DNA of 64,000 nucleotides from a bacterium (GCA_963612025.1 CAVDUB010000001.1:75577-139576), one strand, 5' to 3'; positions 36,344 to 45,826 are shown, counted from the stretch's first letter. Notes: generated by a model from the sequence alone, not told the origin. Numbers and translations: made by a program.

Positions 36344-36370
36344 TTAGCACTTTATTTCAAAGAGTGCTAA
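36344..36370. promoter_or_regulatory. CIRCE element (HrcA operator)
   Basis: TTAGCACTT-N9-GAGTGCTAA compares with the consensus TTAGCACTC-N9-GAGTGCTAA. It lies 33 nt upstream of the htpG ATG and overlaps a TAAAAT -10 candidate. Confidence 0.85.
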
Positions 36371-36389
36371 ATATTTTTATTTTTTCTCC

Positions 36390-36419
36390 AAACAAAATCG
36401 TGACCTTGCGGCCACGATT
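36390..36419 (-). terminator. Terminator after the ABC exporter operon
   Basis: The stem AATCGTG/CACGATT is followed by TTGTTT on the minus strand. Confidence 0.5.
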
Positions 36420-36425
36420 GGTTTC

Positions 36426-38414
36426 TTAGTCTTCTTTGAGGGCGTTTCCAGTATAGAGCTGGTAATATTTGCCTTTCTGTTCGAGAAGAGAATCATGAGA
36501 TCCTCTTTCGATGATGTGACCATGATCAAGGACCATGATGACATCCGAATTCTTGATGGTGGAAAGTCGATGGGCGATGACAAAGACCGTTCTTCCCTCC
36601 ATGATGGCATCCATGCCCTTGGTGACCATGGCCTCGGTTCGTGAGTCGATAGAGGAAGTCGCCTCATCGAGAATCAAGACAGGTGGATTGGCAATGGCGG
36701 CACGGGCGATGGCAAGAAGCTGTCTCTGACCCTGGGAAAGAGAAGCACCGCCGTTCTTTAAGACAGTATTGTATCCTTCCGGCAGCTGTTGGATGAAGGT
36801 GTCAGCATTGGCCAATTTGGCTGCTGCATAGACTTCCTCATCCGTCGCATCGAGTTTTCCATAGCGGATATTCTCCATGACGGTTCCCGTGAAGAGTTTC
36901 GTATCCTGGAAAACCATACCCAAGGAACGTCTCAGATCGGATTTCTTGATCTTGTTGATATTGATATCGTCATAGCGGATCTTGCCATCGGCAATATCAT
37001 AGAAACGATTGAGAAGATTCGTAATGGTCGTCTTTCCGGCACCGGTCGGTCCGACAAAAGCGATTTTCTGTCCCGGTTCCGCATAGATCGTAATATCGTG
37101 AAGAACAATCTTATCCTTCGTATAGCCGAAATCGACATGGTTGACATTGATTTTTCCTTTCAGCCAGCGATATTCGACACCCGATCCATCCTGATGTGGA
37201 TGTTTCCACGCCCATTTTCCGGTTCTTTCCTTGCATTCGACAGGATTTCCATTTTCATCTTCCTTGGCATTGACCAATTCGACATAGCCTTCATCCGTCT
37301 CGGTAGGTTCATCAATCATCTTGAAGATTCTTGCGGCACCGGCCAAAGCCATGGTGACGGTGTTGAGCTGCTGGGCCATCTGGCCGATCGGATTGACAAA
37401 CGACTTCGAATAGAGAAGGAAGGACGTGATGATGCCTAAGGAATAGACATGGCCCCAGCTTCCGCCATTGGCAAAGTCGGCCAAACCATATCCAGAGACC
37501 TGATTGATGACGAAAAGTCCGCCTAAGAGAGCCAGAATGGAATACTGGAAGTTTCCAAGCTGGTTGACAATCGGCATCAGCGTATTCGCATAGCGGTTGG
37601 CTTTCACCGACTGGACGTAGAGTTCTTCATTATGTTTTCTGAAGCCCTCGATATTCTTCTTTTCGTAGTTGAAGACCTTGACGACCTTCTGGCCGGAGAT
37701 CATCTCTTCGACATAGCCGTTGGTTTTTCCAAGTTCGATCTGCTGCGCAATGAAATGCTTTCCAGAGTGGGCGGCAAAGAACTTCGAAAGAAAATACATG
37801 ACGATTCCAAAGAAGATGACAACAACCATGAGATAGAGATCGGTCATCAACATGATGACGAAACAGGCAATCATCGTCACCGCCGATGAGATGATCATCG
37901 GAATGCTTCGAGCGAGCATCTCACGGAGAGAATCGACATCGTTGGTATACACGGACATGATATCGCCATGGGTATTCTGATCGAAGAAGGAGACCGGAAG
38001 ATCCTGCATATGAGAGAAGAGATCATCACGGATTTTCTTCTGGACGCCTTGAGCGATATAGGCCATGAAGAAGTTATAGACATAAGAGCTGATGGCACCG
38101 ATGACATAGATGCCGAGCATCAGATAGATTGTCGGGAAGAACTTCAATCCCAGCGTCTGGCCCACCTGAACCTGTGTCAGATAAGCATATTTATCCGCCG
38201 CGCCAGAAGCCATGACCGGAGTCAGGAAGTCATTGATCAAGACCATGCCGACAAAGAAAGAGGAAGCCACGGATGCAAACGAGACGATGAAGACAGCAAG
38301 GATGACAAGAATGAAGAGGGCCGGGTATTGTTTCCAGACCATGGAGAGAAGTCGACTCATCGACTTGTTTCCATTCATATTTTCATTCTGAGAGCGATTT
38401 TTATTCATTGACAT
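36426..38414 (-). CDS. ABC exporter half-transporter (TMD-NBD), consensus ATPase site
   Basis: Motifs are GPTGAGKTT, LSQGQRQL, LILDEATSSID and VIAHRLST. The start was moved to the ATG at 38414 behind GGAGGAGG; the track start at 38423 is a GTG inside the RBS. Confidence 0.9.
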   Translation of the reverse strand: MSMNKNRSQNENMNGNKSMSRLLSMVWKQYPALFILVILAVFIVSFASVASSFFVGMVLINDFLTPVMASGAADKYAYLTQVQVGQTLGLKFFPTIYLMLGIYVIGAISSYVYNFFMAYIAQGVQKKIRDDLFSHMQDLPVSFFDQNTHGDIMSVYTNDVDSLREMLARSIPMIISSAVTMIACFVIMLMTDLYLMVVVIFFGIVMYFLSKFFAAHSGKHFIAQQIELGKTNGYVEEMISGQKVVKVFNYEKKNIEGFRKHNEELYVQSVKANRYANTLMPIVNQLGNFQYSILALLGGLFVINQVSGYGLADFANGGSWGHVYSLGIITSFLLYSKSFVNPIGQMAQQLNTVTMALAGAARIFKMIDEPTETDEGYVELVNAKEDENGNPVECKERTGKWAWKHPHQDGSGVEYRWLKGKINVNHVDFGYTKDKIVLHDITIYAEPGQKIAFVGPTGAGKTTITNLLNRFYDIADGKIRYDDININKIKKSDLRRSLGMVFQDTKLFTGTVMENIRYGKLDATDEEVYAAAKLANADTFIQQLPEGYNTVLKNGGASLSQGQRQLLAIARAAIANPPVLILDEATSSIDSRTEAMVTKGMDAIMEGRTVFVIAHRLSTIKNSDVIMVLDHGHIIERGSHDSLLEQKGKYYQLYTGNALKED

Positions 38415-40170
38415 CGAAATCACCTCCTCCTAATTGAGATTCATAGAGTTCGCGGTAGACACTGCAGCGTTCCATCAATTCATCATTGCTGCCGATATCG
38501 ACAATCCTTCCGCCCGTCTCAAGAACGATGATCGTCTTGCAGTCCTTGATGGACAAGACTCTCTGGGCGATGATGAATTTCGTGACATCTGGTTTCGTAT
38601 TGGCCAAGCCTTCACGAATCAAGGCATCGGTATGAGTATCACAGGCGGATGTCGAATCATCCAAAATCAAAATCTTTGGATCCTTCAAGAGGGCTCTTGC
38701 GATACAAAGTCTCTGTTTCTGTCCGCCGGAGACATTTCCGCCTCCTTCGACAATCATCGTATCCAGTCCCTGTGGGAAGGTATGAAGGAATTCACTCGCC
38801 TGGGCCAAATCACAGGCTTTCCAGATTTCCTCGTCGGTGGCATTCTCATTGCCCCACTTGAGATTCTCGCGAATGGTTCCCGTGAAGAGAACATTCTTCT
38901 GAAGAACGACACTGACCGCATCACGGAGCGTCTTCAGATCATAATCCTTGACGTTCACGCCACCGATCTTGACTTCGCCTTCAGAGACATCATAAAGACG
39001 AGCCATCAGAGAGATCAAAGACGTCTTGCTCGAACCAGTCGGACCGATGATACCGACGGTATCACCCTGCTTGAAATGAAGATCGACATGTTCCAAAACA
39101 TATTTATTCTTCACATAGCCAAAGGAAACGTCATTGAAATCGACATCGCCATTCTTCACTTCCATGACCGGATTTTCTTTATTCTTGATATCCGGTTCTT
39201 CCTCGATGATTTCGACAATACGTTCCGCCGAATTTCTCGCGATGATGATCATGACATAGACCATGGAGACCATCATCAGAGACATCAGGATCTGCATAAC
39301 ATAGGTGAAAAGGGAAGAAAGGTTTTCAACACCGAGTTCCGAGCCGTTCGTCGACGTGATGAGATGGGCACCCAAGACAGAGATGAGGATCATGGCAGCC
39401 CATATGGCGATATTGAGAACCGGATTGTTGAACGACATGATTCTTTCGGCCTTGATGAAGTTTCGATAGATGCCATTGCTGACCGCGTCAAACTGATCCG
39501 TATGGTACTTCTTTCGATCGAAGGATTTCACGACGCGGATGCCATCGACATCCTCTTCGACAGACTCATTGAGTTCGTCATAGGTGTCGAAGATCTTGAC
39601 GAAGGTCGGATGGACCTTCTTGGAAAGGAACATCAAGATGAATAAGATAAACGGAACAAGGATCAAGAAGATCCAGGCAAGCTTTGGAGCCATGACGAAA
39701 CACATGATCATGGCAAAAATCATCATGAACGGCGCACGGATGACCGTACGAATGATCATCATGAACGAGAACTGGACGTTGGTGACATCTGTCGTCGTTC
39801 TTGTGACAATGCTGGCCGGAGAGAACTTGTCGATGTTCTTGAAGGAATAATCCTGAATCTTGACAAACATCTCATCACGGAGATTCTTGCCGAATCCAGC
39901 CGAGGCCGAACTTGCAAAGTAACCGGCCATGATGCCAAAATAGGCTGCCGCCACGGCCATCAGGGCCAAAACACCACACCAGATGAGCAATTGACCCAAA
40001 TCCTTGTTCGAGATGGACTTGAGAAGATAACTCATGAAATAGGCAATCATGATTTCGAGAATGGTTTCCATGAAGACCATTCCCCAGGTGAGGTAGACGT
40101 CTTTTTTGTATTGCTTGATCTGTGCATTCAAGACTTTCAGCGTATGGACTTTCTTTTTTGTTTTTTTCAT
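38401..40170 (-). CDS. ABC exporter half-transporter (TMD-NBD), degenerate ATPase site
   Basis: Walker A is GPTGSSKTS. Walker B is followed by Asp rather than Glu (LILDDSTSACD). The H-loop His is replaced by Gln (IIAQRVLS). Confidence 0.9.
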   Translation of the reverse strand: MKKTKKKVHTLKVLNAQIKQYKKDVYLTWGMVFMETILEIMIAYFMSYLLKSISNKDLGQLLIWCGVLALMAVAAAYFGIMAGYFASSASAGFGKNLRDEMFVKIQDYSFKNIDKFSPASIVTRTTTDVTNVQFSFMMIIRTVIRAPFMMIFAMIMCFVMAPKLAWIFLILVPFILFILMFLSKKVHPTFVKIFDTYDELNESVEEDVDGIRVVKSFDRKKYHTDQFDAVSNGIYRNFIKAERIMSFNNPVLNIAIWAAMILISVLGAHLITSTNGSELGVENLSSLFTYVMQILMSLMMVSMVYVMIIIARNSAERIVEIIEEEPDIKNKENPVMEVKNGDVDFNDVSFGYVKNKYVLEHVDLHFKQGDTVGIIGPTGSSKTSLISLMARLYDVSEGEVKIGGVNVKDYDLKTLRDAVSVVLQKNVLFTGTIRENLKWGNENATDEEIWKACDLAQASEFLHTFPQGLDTMIVEGGGNVSGGQKQRLCIARALLKDPKILILDDSTSACDTHTDALIREGLANTKPDVTKFIIAQRVLSIKDCKTIIVLETGGRIVDIGSNDELMERCSVYRELYESQLGGGDFDVNE

Positions 40171-40180
40171 AATAACCTCC

Positions 40181-40615
40181 TTACTGTTTCACATTCTTCT
40201 GAATCATCTTCAGAATCGACTTCATTTCGGCTTTCTGTTTTTCATCCAAGCCTTTTTCGACCGTTGCATTGATATCATTAAACGCCTTATCAACCAAAGC
40301 GAGATTTTCAATCCCCGTCTCTGTGATTTGGATTTTCTTTTTTCTTCTGTCTTCCCTATCCGAGCTTTCCATCGTGATGAATCCTTTTTTCAATAACTGA
40401 TTCAGCGTCTGGGAAGTCGTCGATTTGCTTAGCTCGGTGATTTTCATCAAATCCGAAGAATAGAGTTCTCCCTCTGCATAACCTTTTATGATACGCAAAG
40501 ACATCCACTCCATCGCCGTCAATTTCGATGAAACCTGACCGAGATAGTTCGAGACAAAAGAATCAATGCACCATGCCGTAAAATGAATTTCGCCTGCCAA
40601 TGATTCTTCTTTCAT
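40181..40615 (-). CDS. MarR-family transcriptional regulator
   Basis: The winged-helix region is LMKITELSKSTTSQTLNQLLKKGFI. The start was moved to the ATG at 40615 behind AGAGGTG; the track start is GTG at 40621. Confidence 0.85.
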   Translation of the reverse strand: MKEESLAGEIHFTAWCIDSFVSNYLGQVSSKLTAMEWMSLRIIKGYAEGELYSSDLMKITELSKSTTSQTLNQLLKKGFITMESSDREDRRKKKIQITETGIENLALVDKAFNDINATVEKGLDEKQKAEMKSILKMIQKNVKQ

Positions 40616-40633
40616 ACGCACCTCTAATAAAAT

Positions 40634-40647
40634 GTTCGAATACGAAC
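40634..40647. promoter_or_regulatory. Inverted repeat GTTCGaataCGAAC just upstream of the marR RBS (autoregulatory operator candidate)
   Basis: It is read directly from the sequence. Confidence 0.35.
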
Positions 40648-40835
40648 GATAACTAGTTTAGCAATTCAAAATCGAATGTGATAATGAAAGCCTTTCCAAG
40701 TTTTAAAGACATTTTATAAGACATGGAAAAAGCCTCGATTCCAAGCAAGGAAAAAGGAGGAAATTCCTCATGCTAAAGCGAACAACTTTATATTCTCTGT
40801 AGAATTGTCTTTTCTTTTAAAGTCTCTTTTTATTC

Positions 40836-41813
40836 TTATTGTTCTAATTCATCATAAACAAGTCCGATTTCTCTTCTGATATCATCAAGAAGAGACATGA
40901 CATGCAATGTATCCTCTAATGGTGTCGATTCATTTTCTCTCTTTGATAAGAGAATCTGATTCATCGTCTCATCGAATTCATAGAGATAAGAGATATTTTT
41001 CTTTTCATTTTTTGTACGGAGGACTTCCTTCTTCCCATTCCTGTATTTTATCTTCAGAGAATTGGCATGATGATAAAAAGGAATCCTGATCTGAGACGTA
41101 TCTGTCGTAATTATGCATTTCTCAAGTCCCTTCAGATCGACAATCGAAATCGAGATTTTCACATCGAAGCCTTCCTTATAGGAAAAGATGATTTCATCCT
41201 TCAGATCAATTCCGTTTTCGATAAGAGCATTCGCCTTTATTTTCTCGGGCATACCAAAAAGACGATAGGCGTAATAGACAGGATAGACACCGATATCCAA
41301 TAAGGCTCCACCTGCTCTTTTCTTATCCGCCACTCTTTTCGCATAATGAACGGAATTCAGATGATAGGTAAAGAAGACATTCTCGATCTTGCCGATCTTC
41401 TTTTCTTTCATCAGGGAAAGCATCGTCTTGGAAGCGCCGTGATAGAATGTCCACATGGCCTCGGAAAGAAAGACATCATTCTTTTTCGATAGAGAAATAA
41501 GTTCCTCCGCCTCCTTCTGATTGACTGTGAATGGCTTTTCCACAAGGACAGGCTTTCGATTTTCCAAAGCCAGTTTCGCGTATTTGAAATGGACATTGTG
41601 CGGTGTCACGATATAGATGGCATCCACACCTTCCTTCATCATCGCCTCAAGAGGAGAAGAACAGCTGCACGCATGATATTTCTTAGCAAATTTCTCACTT
41701 GTCTTCTGATTCCTCGAATAGCAGGAGACAATCTCATGGCGTTGGCTTTTCAGCAATTGTCGAGCCACGATATTCGCTAACCTCCCCGTCCCGATAAAGC
41801 ACCAATGAAACAT
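40836..41813 (-). CDS. Gfo/Idh/MocA-family NAD(P)-dependent oxidoreductase
   Basis: The N-terminal Rossmann motif is CFIGTGRLAN, with VLVEKP downstream. The start could be 41813 or 41825. Confidence 0.8.
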   Translation of the reverse strand: MFHWCFIGTGRLANIVARQLLKSQRHEIVSCYSRNQKTSEKFAKKYHACSCSSPLEAMMKEGVDAIYIVTPHNVHFKYAKLALENRKPVLVEKPFTVNQKEAEELISLSKKNDVFLSEAMWTFYHGASKTMLSLMKEKKIGKIENVFFTYHLNSVHYAKRVADKKRAGGALLDIGVYPVYYAYRLFGMPEKIKANALIENGIDLKDEIIFSYKEGFDVKISISIVDLKGLEKCIITTDTSQIRIPFYHHANSLKIKYRNGKKEVLRTKNEKKNISYLYEFDETMNQILLSKRENESTPLEDTLHVMSLLDDIRREIGLVYDELEQ

Positions 41814-41983
41814 ATCGATTTCCATCCTTTTTTGAATATTATAGCAGTCATCCAGTATTCAGTCATCACTTTCAGAATAACTATGAATAAGAAAATATTT
41901 CATATATTTTTTGAAATATTTATGTAACACATGAAATAATTGTACTATAATAAGAGCAACGAACAATAAAAGGATATTTCATT

Positions 41984-43243
41984 ATGAAAAAAAGCAGAAA
42001 AACAAAATTTCTAAGTCTCAGTTTTCTCCTCATCGCTCTCTGTTCGAATGAGTCTGGCACGACAGATGATGATATCAAGAACTACATCAAAGGAGACTGT
42101 GAAAGCGTCGCTGACTTCATTGAAGGAAATCTTTCCTATTTCGTTTCTGAATACAACAAGGAAAACGAAATCCATTGGTTGGCATCCGGCATAGAAGATC
42201 GAAAGAAAATCACTGACGTCACAGATGGGTCGGATGCCGTCTATCTTGATTTTGATGGAGACAATGGATATGCCGTCATTGGAAATGATTACAATTTCCT
42301 GGACTTCTCCCAAACAGGCGACCTCGAATATCTGAAGAAAATCGACAATATCCTATTCAGCGAATATGATGGCTTCGTGTACGAGACAGATACAGGCTAT
42401 GGCTGCTATGATATCGAATACGGAGATGAGGACTTCTGGCGTGAAATCGAATTGAAGAAACAATATAGTGGTCAAGACTCCGAAGGTTCTGGAATGATTA
42501 GGAATTCAGATGACTATATTCACGACCGCTATGGAACTGACTTTTATCTCGAAAAAGATAAACGGCTTCGAAATTACGAAAACGTACAGCAAAACACTTA
42601 TAGCCTATACTATGATGAAAATGGTGTCGGTGAAGGAAACTGCACCCTTTCTGCCATGTTTGGCATTATGCAGTACCTAAGAGATCACAAAGGAATGTCC
42701 AAATTGCCATCCGAAACAATAGTTGCTCATCCAGAAAACGATTCATTTTACGATGATTTGATCGAAAAAGGATACACGACCAAAGATCGAAAAAATTTCC
42801 CTTTGCTTTACGAAACGATTCGAGATGCTGCCAAAGACTTCGGATATACATCTGAATCAACAGCATGGACCTCAATTAACATGGCCAATATCTATATGAA
42901 TACCATGAACAAATTAGGCTATGATAATAACATCTTCTGTCGATATGCCTATCTTGTCTTAACCTGGTCATATGAATCTCAGGTAATAAGAGAAATCGAT
43001 TATGGATACCCAACGATGTGGAATACAGCAAGAGGACAATATGATGCTCATTCGATGGTTGTGGATGGATATAGAATATATACAAAGGTAAGGAAAATAT
43101 GGTTTTTCACGTTAAAGGAGCAAAAACTACTGGCATCCCTAAATGATAACTGGGGAAAGACTGATGTGTATATGGATTGCGAAGCATATCGCAAAAACGA
43201 ACGTCTTATGACCTTCCTTCAGGTCCGCAATTACACATTCTAG
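41984..43243 (+). CDS. Secreted/lipoprotein cysteine peptidase, C10 (streptopain)-like papain fold
   Basis: The signal is MKKSRKTKFLSLSFLLIALC. The catalytic-type motifs GEGNCTLSAMFGIMQY, DAHSMVVDGY and NDNWG align by eye with the streptopain motifs GCVATATAQIMKY, GHAFVIDG and NWGWGG. Confidence 0.65.
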   Translation: MKKSRKTKFLSLSFLLIALCSNESGTTDDDIKNYIKGDCESVADFIEGNLSYFVSEYNKENEIHWLASGIEDRKKITDVTDGSDAVYLDFDGDNGYAVIGNDYNFLDFSQTGDLEYLKKIDNILFSEYDGFVYETDTGYGCYDIEYGDEDFWREIELKKQYSGQDSEGSGMIRNSDDYIHDRYGTDFYLEKDKRLRNYENVQQNTYSLYYDENGVGEGNCTLSAMFGIMQYLRDHKGMSKLPSETIVAHPENDSFYDDLIEKGYTTKDRKNFPLLYETIRDAAKDFGYTSESTAWTSINMANIYMNTMNKLGYDNNIFCRYAYLVLTWSYESQVIREIDYGYPTMWNTARGQYDAHSMVVDGYRIYTKVRKIWFFTLKEQKLLASLNDNWGKTDVYMDCEAYRKNERLMTFLQVRNYTF

Positions 43244-43258
43244 AGGAGGAAACAAACG

Positions 43259-43792
43259 ATGAATCTTCTAAAAACGAATTTCATGTTCCTCACTGCTTTT
43301 TTTTGCTGCGGAGGGGGTTTCTGTTCATCTTCCCATGGGCACAAAATCTATGCGATAGGGGACTCTATTGAATGGTATTCCACTCATAACGAACTTATCG
43401 CAACGATAACGGCAAAAAAAGCTATTTATTCAAGAGGTGATGACAATGATGAAAACTGTCAAATATATATCACCTATTCAGTTGCCACGGCCAAAGAATT
43501 TCAGTTGGATTACAAAACGATAAAATTGTTATATAATTATAGTAAAGATATATCCTATACAGATATTGAGCGTTCTACGAAAATAAATGGATACAATATA
43601 TTCGAGAAAACGGTAAGCGAAGATATTGAATACACATTTTGCTTCAACATGCCTTATGACTATTACTTTAAGCAATACGTCGATGACCCGGAAGAAACCG
43701 CAACTTTAACAGTTGGGGGTGTTTGGCCTGCATACAATGAATTCACTTTTGAAACATACGACATCTATAAAGCATCCATCCAATCCGAATAG
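43259..43792 (+). CDS. Small secreted/lipoprotein of unknown function, coupled to the C10 peptidase gene
   Basis: A strong GAGGAGG RBS lies 15 nt after the peptidase stop. The hydrophobic N-terminus ends in FFCCGGGFC. Confidence 0.6.
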   Translation: MNLLKTNFMFLTAFFCCGGGFCSSSHGHKIYAIGDSIEWYSTHNELIATITAKKAIYSRGDDNDENCQIYITYSVATAKEFQLDYKTIKLLYNYSKDISYTDIERSTKINGYNIFEKTVSEDIEYTFCFNMPYDYYFKQYVDDPEETATLTVGGVWPAYNEFTFETYDIYKASIQSE

Positions 43793-43817
43793 AACTCAGT
43801 CTTCATAAAAAGAATCA

Positions 43818-43873
43818 AGAAAAGACTTTCTCTCCTGTCCTAGAAAGGATAAGAAGATGGGAAAGTCTTTTCT
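43818..43873. terminator. Bidirectional terminator hairpin between convergent genes
   Basis: The perfect 13-bp stem AGAAAAGACTTTC/GAAAGTCTTTTCT has a 30-nt loop. Confidence 0.45.
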
Positions 43874-43886
43874 TCTTTTCTTATGG

Positions 43887-44966
43887 CTAATGAGGATTCT
43901 TCATGTGATCCTTTTCGAGTTCACGATGAAGTTTTTCTTCTGTTTTCTGATAATCGTCTGGAACGGATGGCTTGAAGGAAGCGGCTGGTTTCTCTTCTTT
44001 TTCCTCTTTCGTCGAGGCCGGCTTCTTCATTTCCTCAACCGTCTCGGTGAAGACGCTCGCAAGAGACGTCACATTCGTGATTTCGGATGGGACAATCAGT
44101 TTAGTTGCTTTTCCATTGGCGACCTTCGTCAAGGCTTCATAGGAGCGAATCTTCAGAACTGCGGCAGATGGAGAGGCATCATTGATCATCTTGATACCTT
44201 CCGCTTCCGCCTTGCGGATGAGAAGTTCGCCATCGGCTTCGGCCTTCTTCACCTTGAGAATCGACTCCGCCTGGGCTTCCGCGTTCTTGATGGCGGCCTG
44301 CTTCTGGGCTTCGGCATTCAGAATCGCTGCTTCCTTGTTTCCTTCCGCAATCGTGATGGCGGAGGTCTTTTCACCTTCAGCGATCAGGATCTTTTCTCTT
44401 TTTTCACGTTCAGCCCTCATCTGCTTTTCCATGGCCGCCTGGATATCTTTCGGCGGAAGAATGTTTTTCACTTCGACACGGGTCACCTTGATGCCCCAGG
44501 GATCTGTGGCATCATCGAGAATCTGTCTCATCTTCGAATTGATGATATCTCGACTTGTCAGGGTTTCATCCAGATCGAGCTCACCGATGATATTTCTCAA
44601 AGAGGTGGCAGAGAGAGCTTCGATACCGGCAATCGGATTTTCCACGCCATAGGTATAGAGTTTCGGATCGGTCACATTGAAGAAGATGACCGTATCGATC
44701 TGCATCGTGACATTATCCTTCGTGATGACAGGCTGTGGAGGGAAATCATAAATCTGTTCCTTCATCGAAACCTTCTTTCCGATGCGGTCGATGAATGGCG
44801 TCAGGAAATGGACACCCGTATCCCATGTGGTCAGATAGCGTCCAAGACGCTCGATAACATATTTATCCGTCTGATTGACGATTTTAATGTGCGACAGAAG
44901 AATGACGATGACAAGAAAAAAGATAATTCCAACAAGAACAAGCGCAACAATTCCACCAGTAGGCAT
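43887..44966 (-). CDS. SPFH/band-7 (stomatin/flotillin-like) membrane protein
   Basis: An N-terminal TM helix is followed by an SPFH core (IVNQTDKYVIERLGRY..., TRVEVKNI), an Ala/Glu coiled-coil region (AERE..AEAQKQAAI) and a charged tail. Confidence 0.88.
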   Translation of the reverse strand: MPTGGIVALVLVGIIFFLVIVILLSHIKIVNQTDKYVIERLGRYLTTWDTGVHFLTPFIDRIGKKVSMKEQIYDFPPQPVITKDNVTMQIDTVIFFNVTDPKLYTYGVENPIAGIEALSATSLRNIIGELDLDETLTSRDIINSKMRQILDDATDPWGIKVTRVEVKNILPPKDIQAAMEKQMRAEREKREKILIAEGEKTSAITIAEGNKEAAILNAEAQKQAAIKNAEAQAESILKVKKAEADGELLIRKAEAEGIKMINDASPSAAVLKIRSYEALTKVANGKATKLIVPSEITNVTSLASVFTETVEEMKKPASTKEEKEEKPAASFKPSVPDDYQKTEEKLHRELEKDHMKNPH

Positions 44967-44968
44967 AG

Positions 44969-45427
44969 TTATTTTCCTCCTTCGTTGATCTTTTTGACCA
45001 ACAATTTATTTCCATTGACAGCGATGACTTCGACAACACTTCCCTCCAGGATATCTTCCTCATCTTCTCTCTTGATGGCATTCCAGATGACGGAATCAAC
45101 CTTCACTTCTCCTTTTTCCAAGGAGGTGATCTTCTTTAGGACAATTCCTTTCTTTCCGAGGATCGTATCGATATTCGTTCTCGATTTGATTCTCTGCAAT
45201 TTTTTATTCACAATCGGACGGATGATGATGAAAGAAAGAAGGGATGTAGAAAGAAAGACAATCAGTTCTCCCCACCAAGGCATATTCGGAATGAAGGTGA
45301 CACAGAGGGCAAGAACAGCACCGATGCAGAACCAGACAGAGACGAGGGCATCCGTGAAGATTTCCGCTAGAAGAGCAAGAACAAACAGAGAGACCCAGAC
45401 AATCATCATGATAATATTCTCATCCAT
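44969..45427 (-). CDS. NfeD-family membrane protein (short form with OB-fold C-terminus)
   Basis: Two to three TM helices are followed by GKKGIVLKKI..GEVKVDSVIWNA. The pairing with an SPFH gene is the classic arrangement. Confidence 0.85.
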   Translation of the reverse strand: MDENIIMMIVWVSLFVLALLAEIFTDALVSVWFCIGAVLALCVTFIPNMPWWGELIVFLSTSLLSFIIIRPIVNKKLQRIKSRTNIDTILGKKGIVLKKITSLEKGEVKVDSVIWNAIKREDEEDILEGSVVEVIAVNGNKLLVKKINEGGK

Positions 45428-45429
45428 AT

Positions 45430-45804
45430 CTAATCCACCTCCTTCTTCAAGTCGATGATCAGAAGAGATTCATGCTGATCAAAATAGCAGGCATATTTCC
45501 TCGATTTCTCATGGAAGTCGATGTTCATATATCGGCTGACCTTATTAACAAAATCTGTCGAGGAGACTCTTGTATAGGTCTTTCCTCCTGAGAGAAGAAA
45601 GAGATTATCCAGAGGATAGATTCCCTGATCATATTCATCCTTGCTGACAGGCTGAAGAGCAATCTTCATATCGTCTTCATCTAAGCCAAGCATTGCAGCG
45701 TAGGCAGACGAAATCATCTCCATTCCGGATTTGTTGATCGTGATATTCGTCGGATAGATGGTAGCGGTCGCCTTATTTTCATTTTTCGAAAACCATTGAA
45801 TCAT
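45430..45804 (-). CDS. Hypothetical protein, first gene of the NfeD-SPFH operon
   Basis: It has a strong AAGGAGG RBS and its stop abuts the NfeD start. I recognise no motif. Confidence 0.6.
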   Translation of the reverse strand: MIQWFSKNENKATATIYPTNITINKSGMEMISSAYAAMLGLDEDDMKIALQPVSKDEYDQGIYPLDNLFLLSGGKTYTRVSSTDFVNKVSRYMNIDFHEKSRKYACYFDQHESLLIIDLKKEVD

Positions 45805-45826
45805 TTTCGCCTCCTTATATGATTTA

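Noticed and set aside
40770-40802. A 10-codon micro-ORF (MLKRTTLYSL) sits behind a perfect AAGGAGG on the plus strand, between marR and the oxidoreductase gene.
   Set aside because: The SD-like string is part of an AGGAAaTTCCT inverted repeat. The ORF is tiny and has no supporting context. I cannot distinguish it from chance.
41893-41921. A 9-bp inverted repeat AAATATTTC-N11-GAAATATTT lies upstream of the protease gene.
   Set aside because: It is composed purely of A/T in an AT-rich spacer, so its information content is low. I do not report it as a feature.
43857-45458. A 533-aa plus-strand ORF spans the SPFH and NfeD loci.
   Set aside because: It is antisense to two well-supported, RBS-preceded minus-strand genes and crosses their boundary. 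Its sequence is low-complexity (R/F/L/I/D-rich) with no RBS. I read it as a shadow ORF caused by codon bias.
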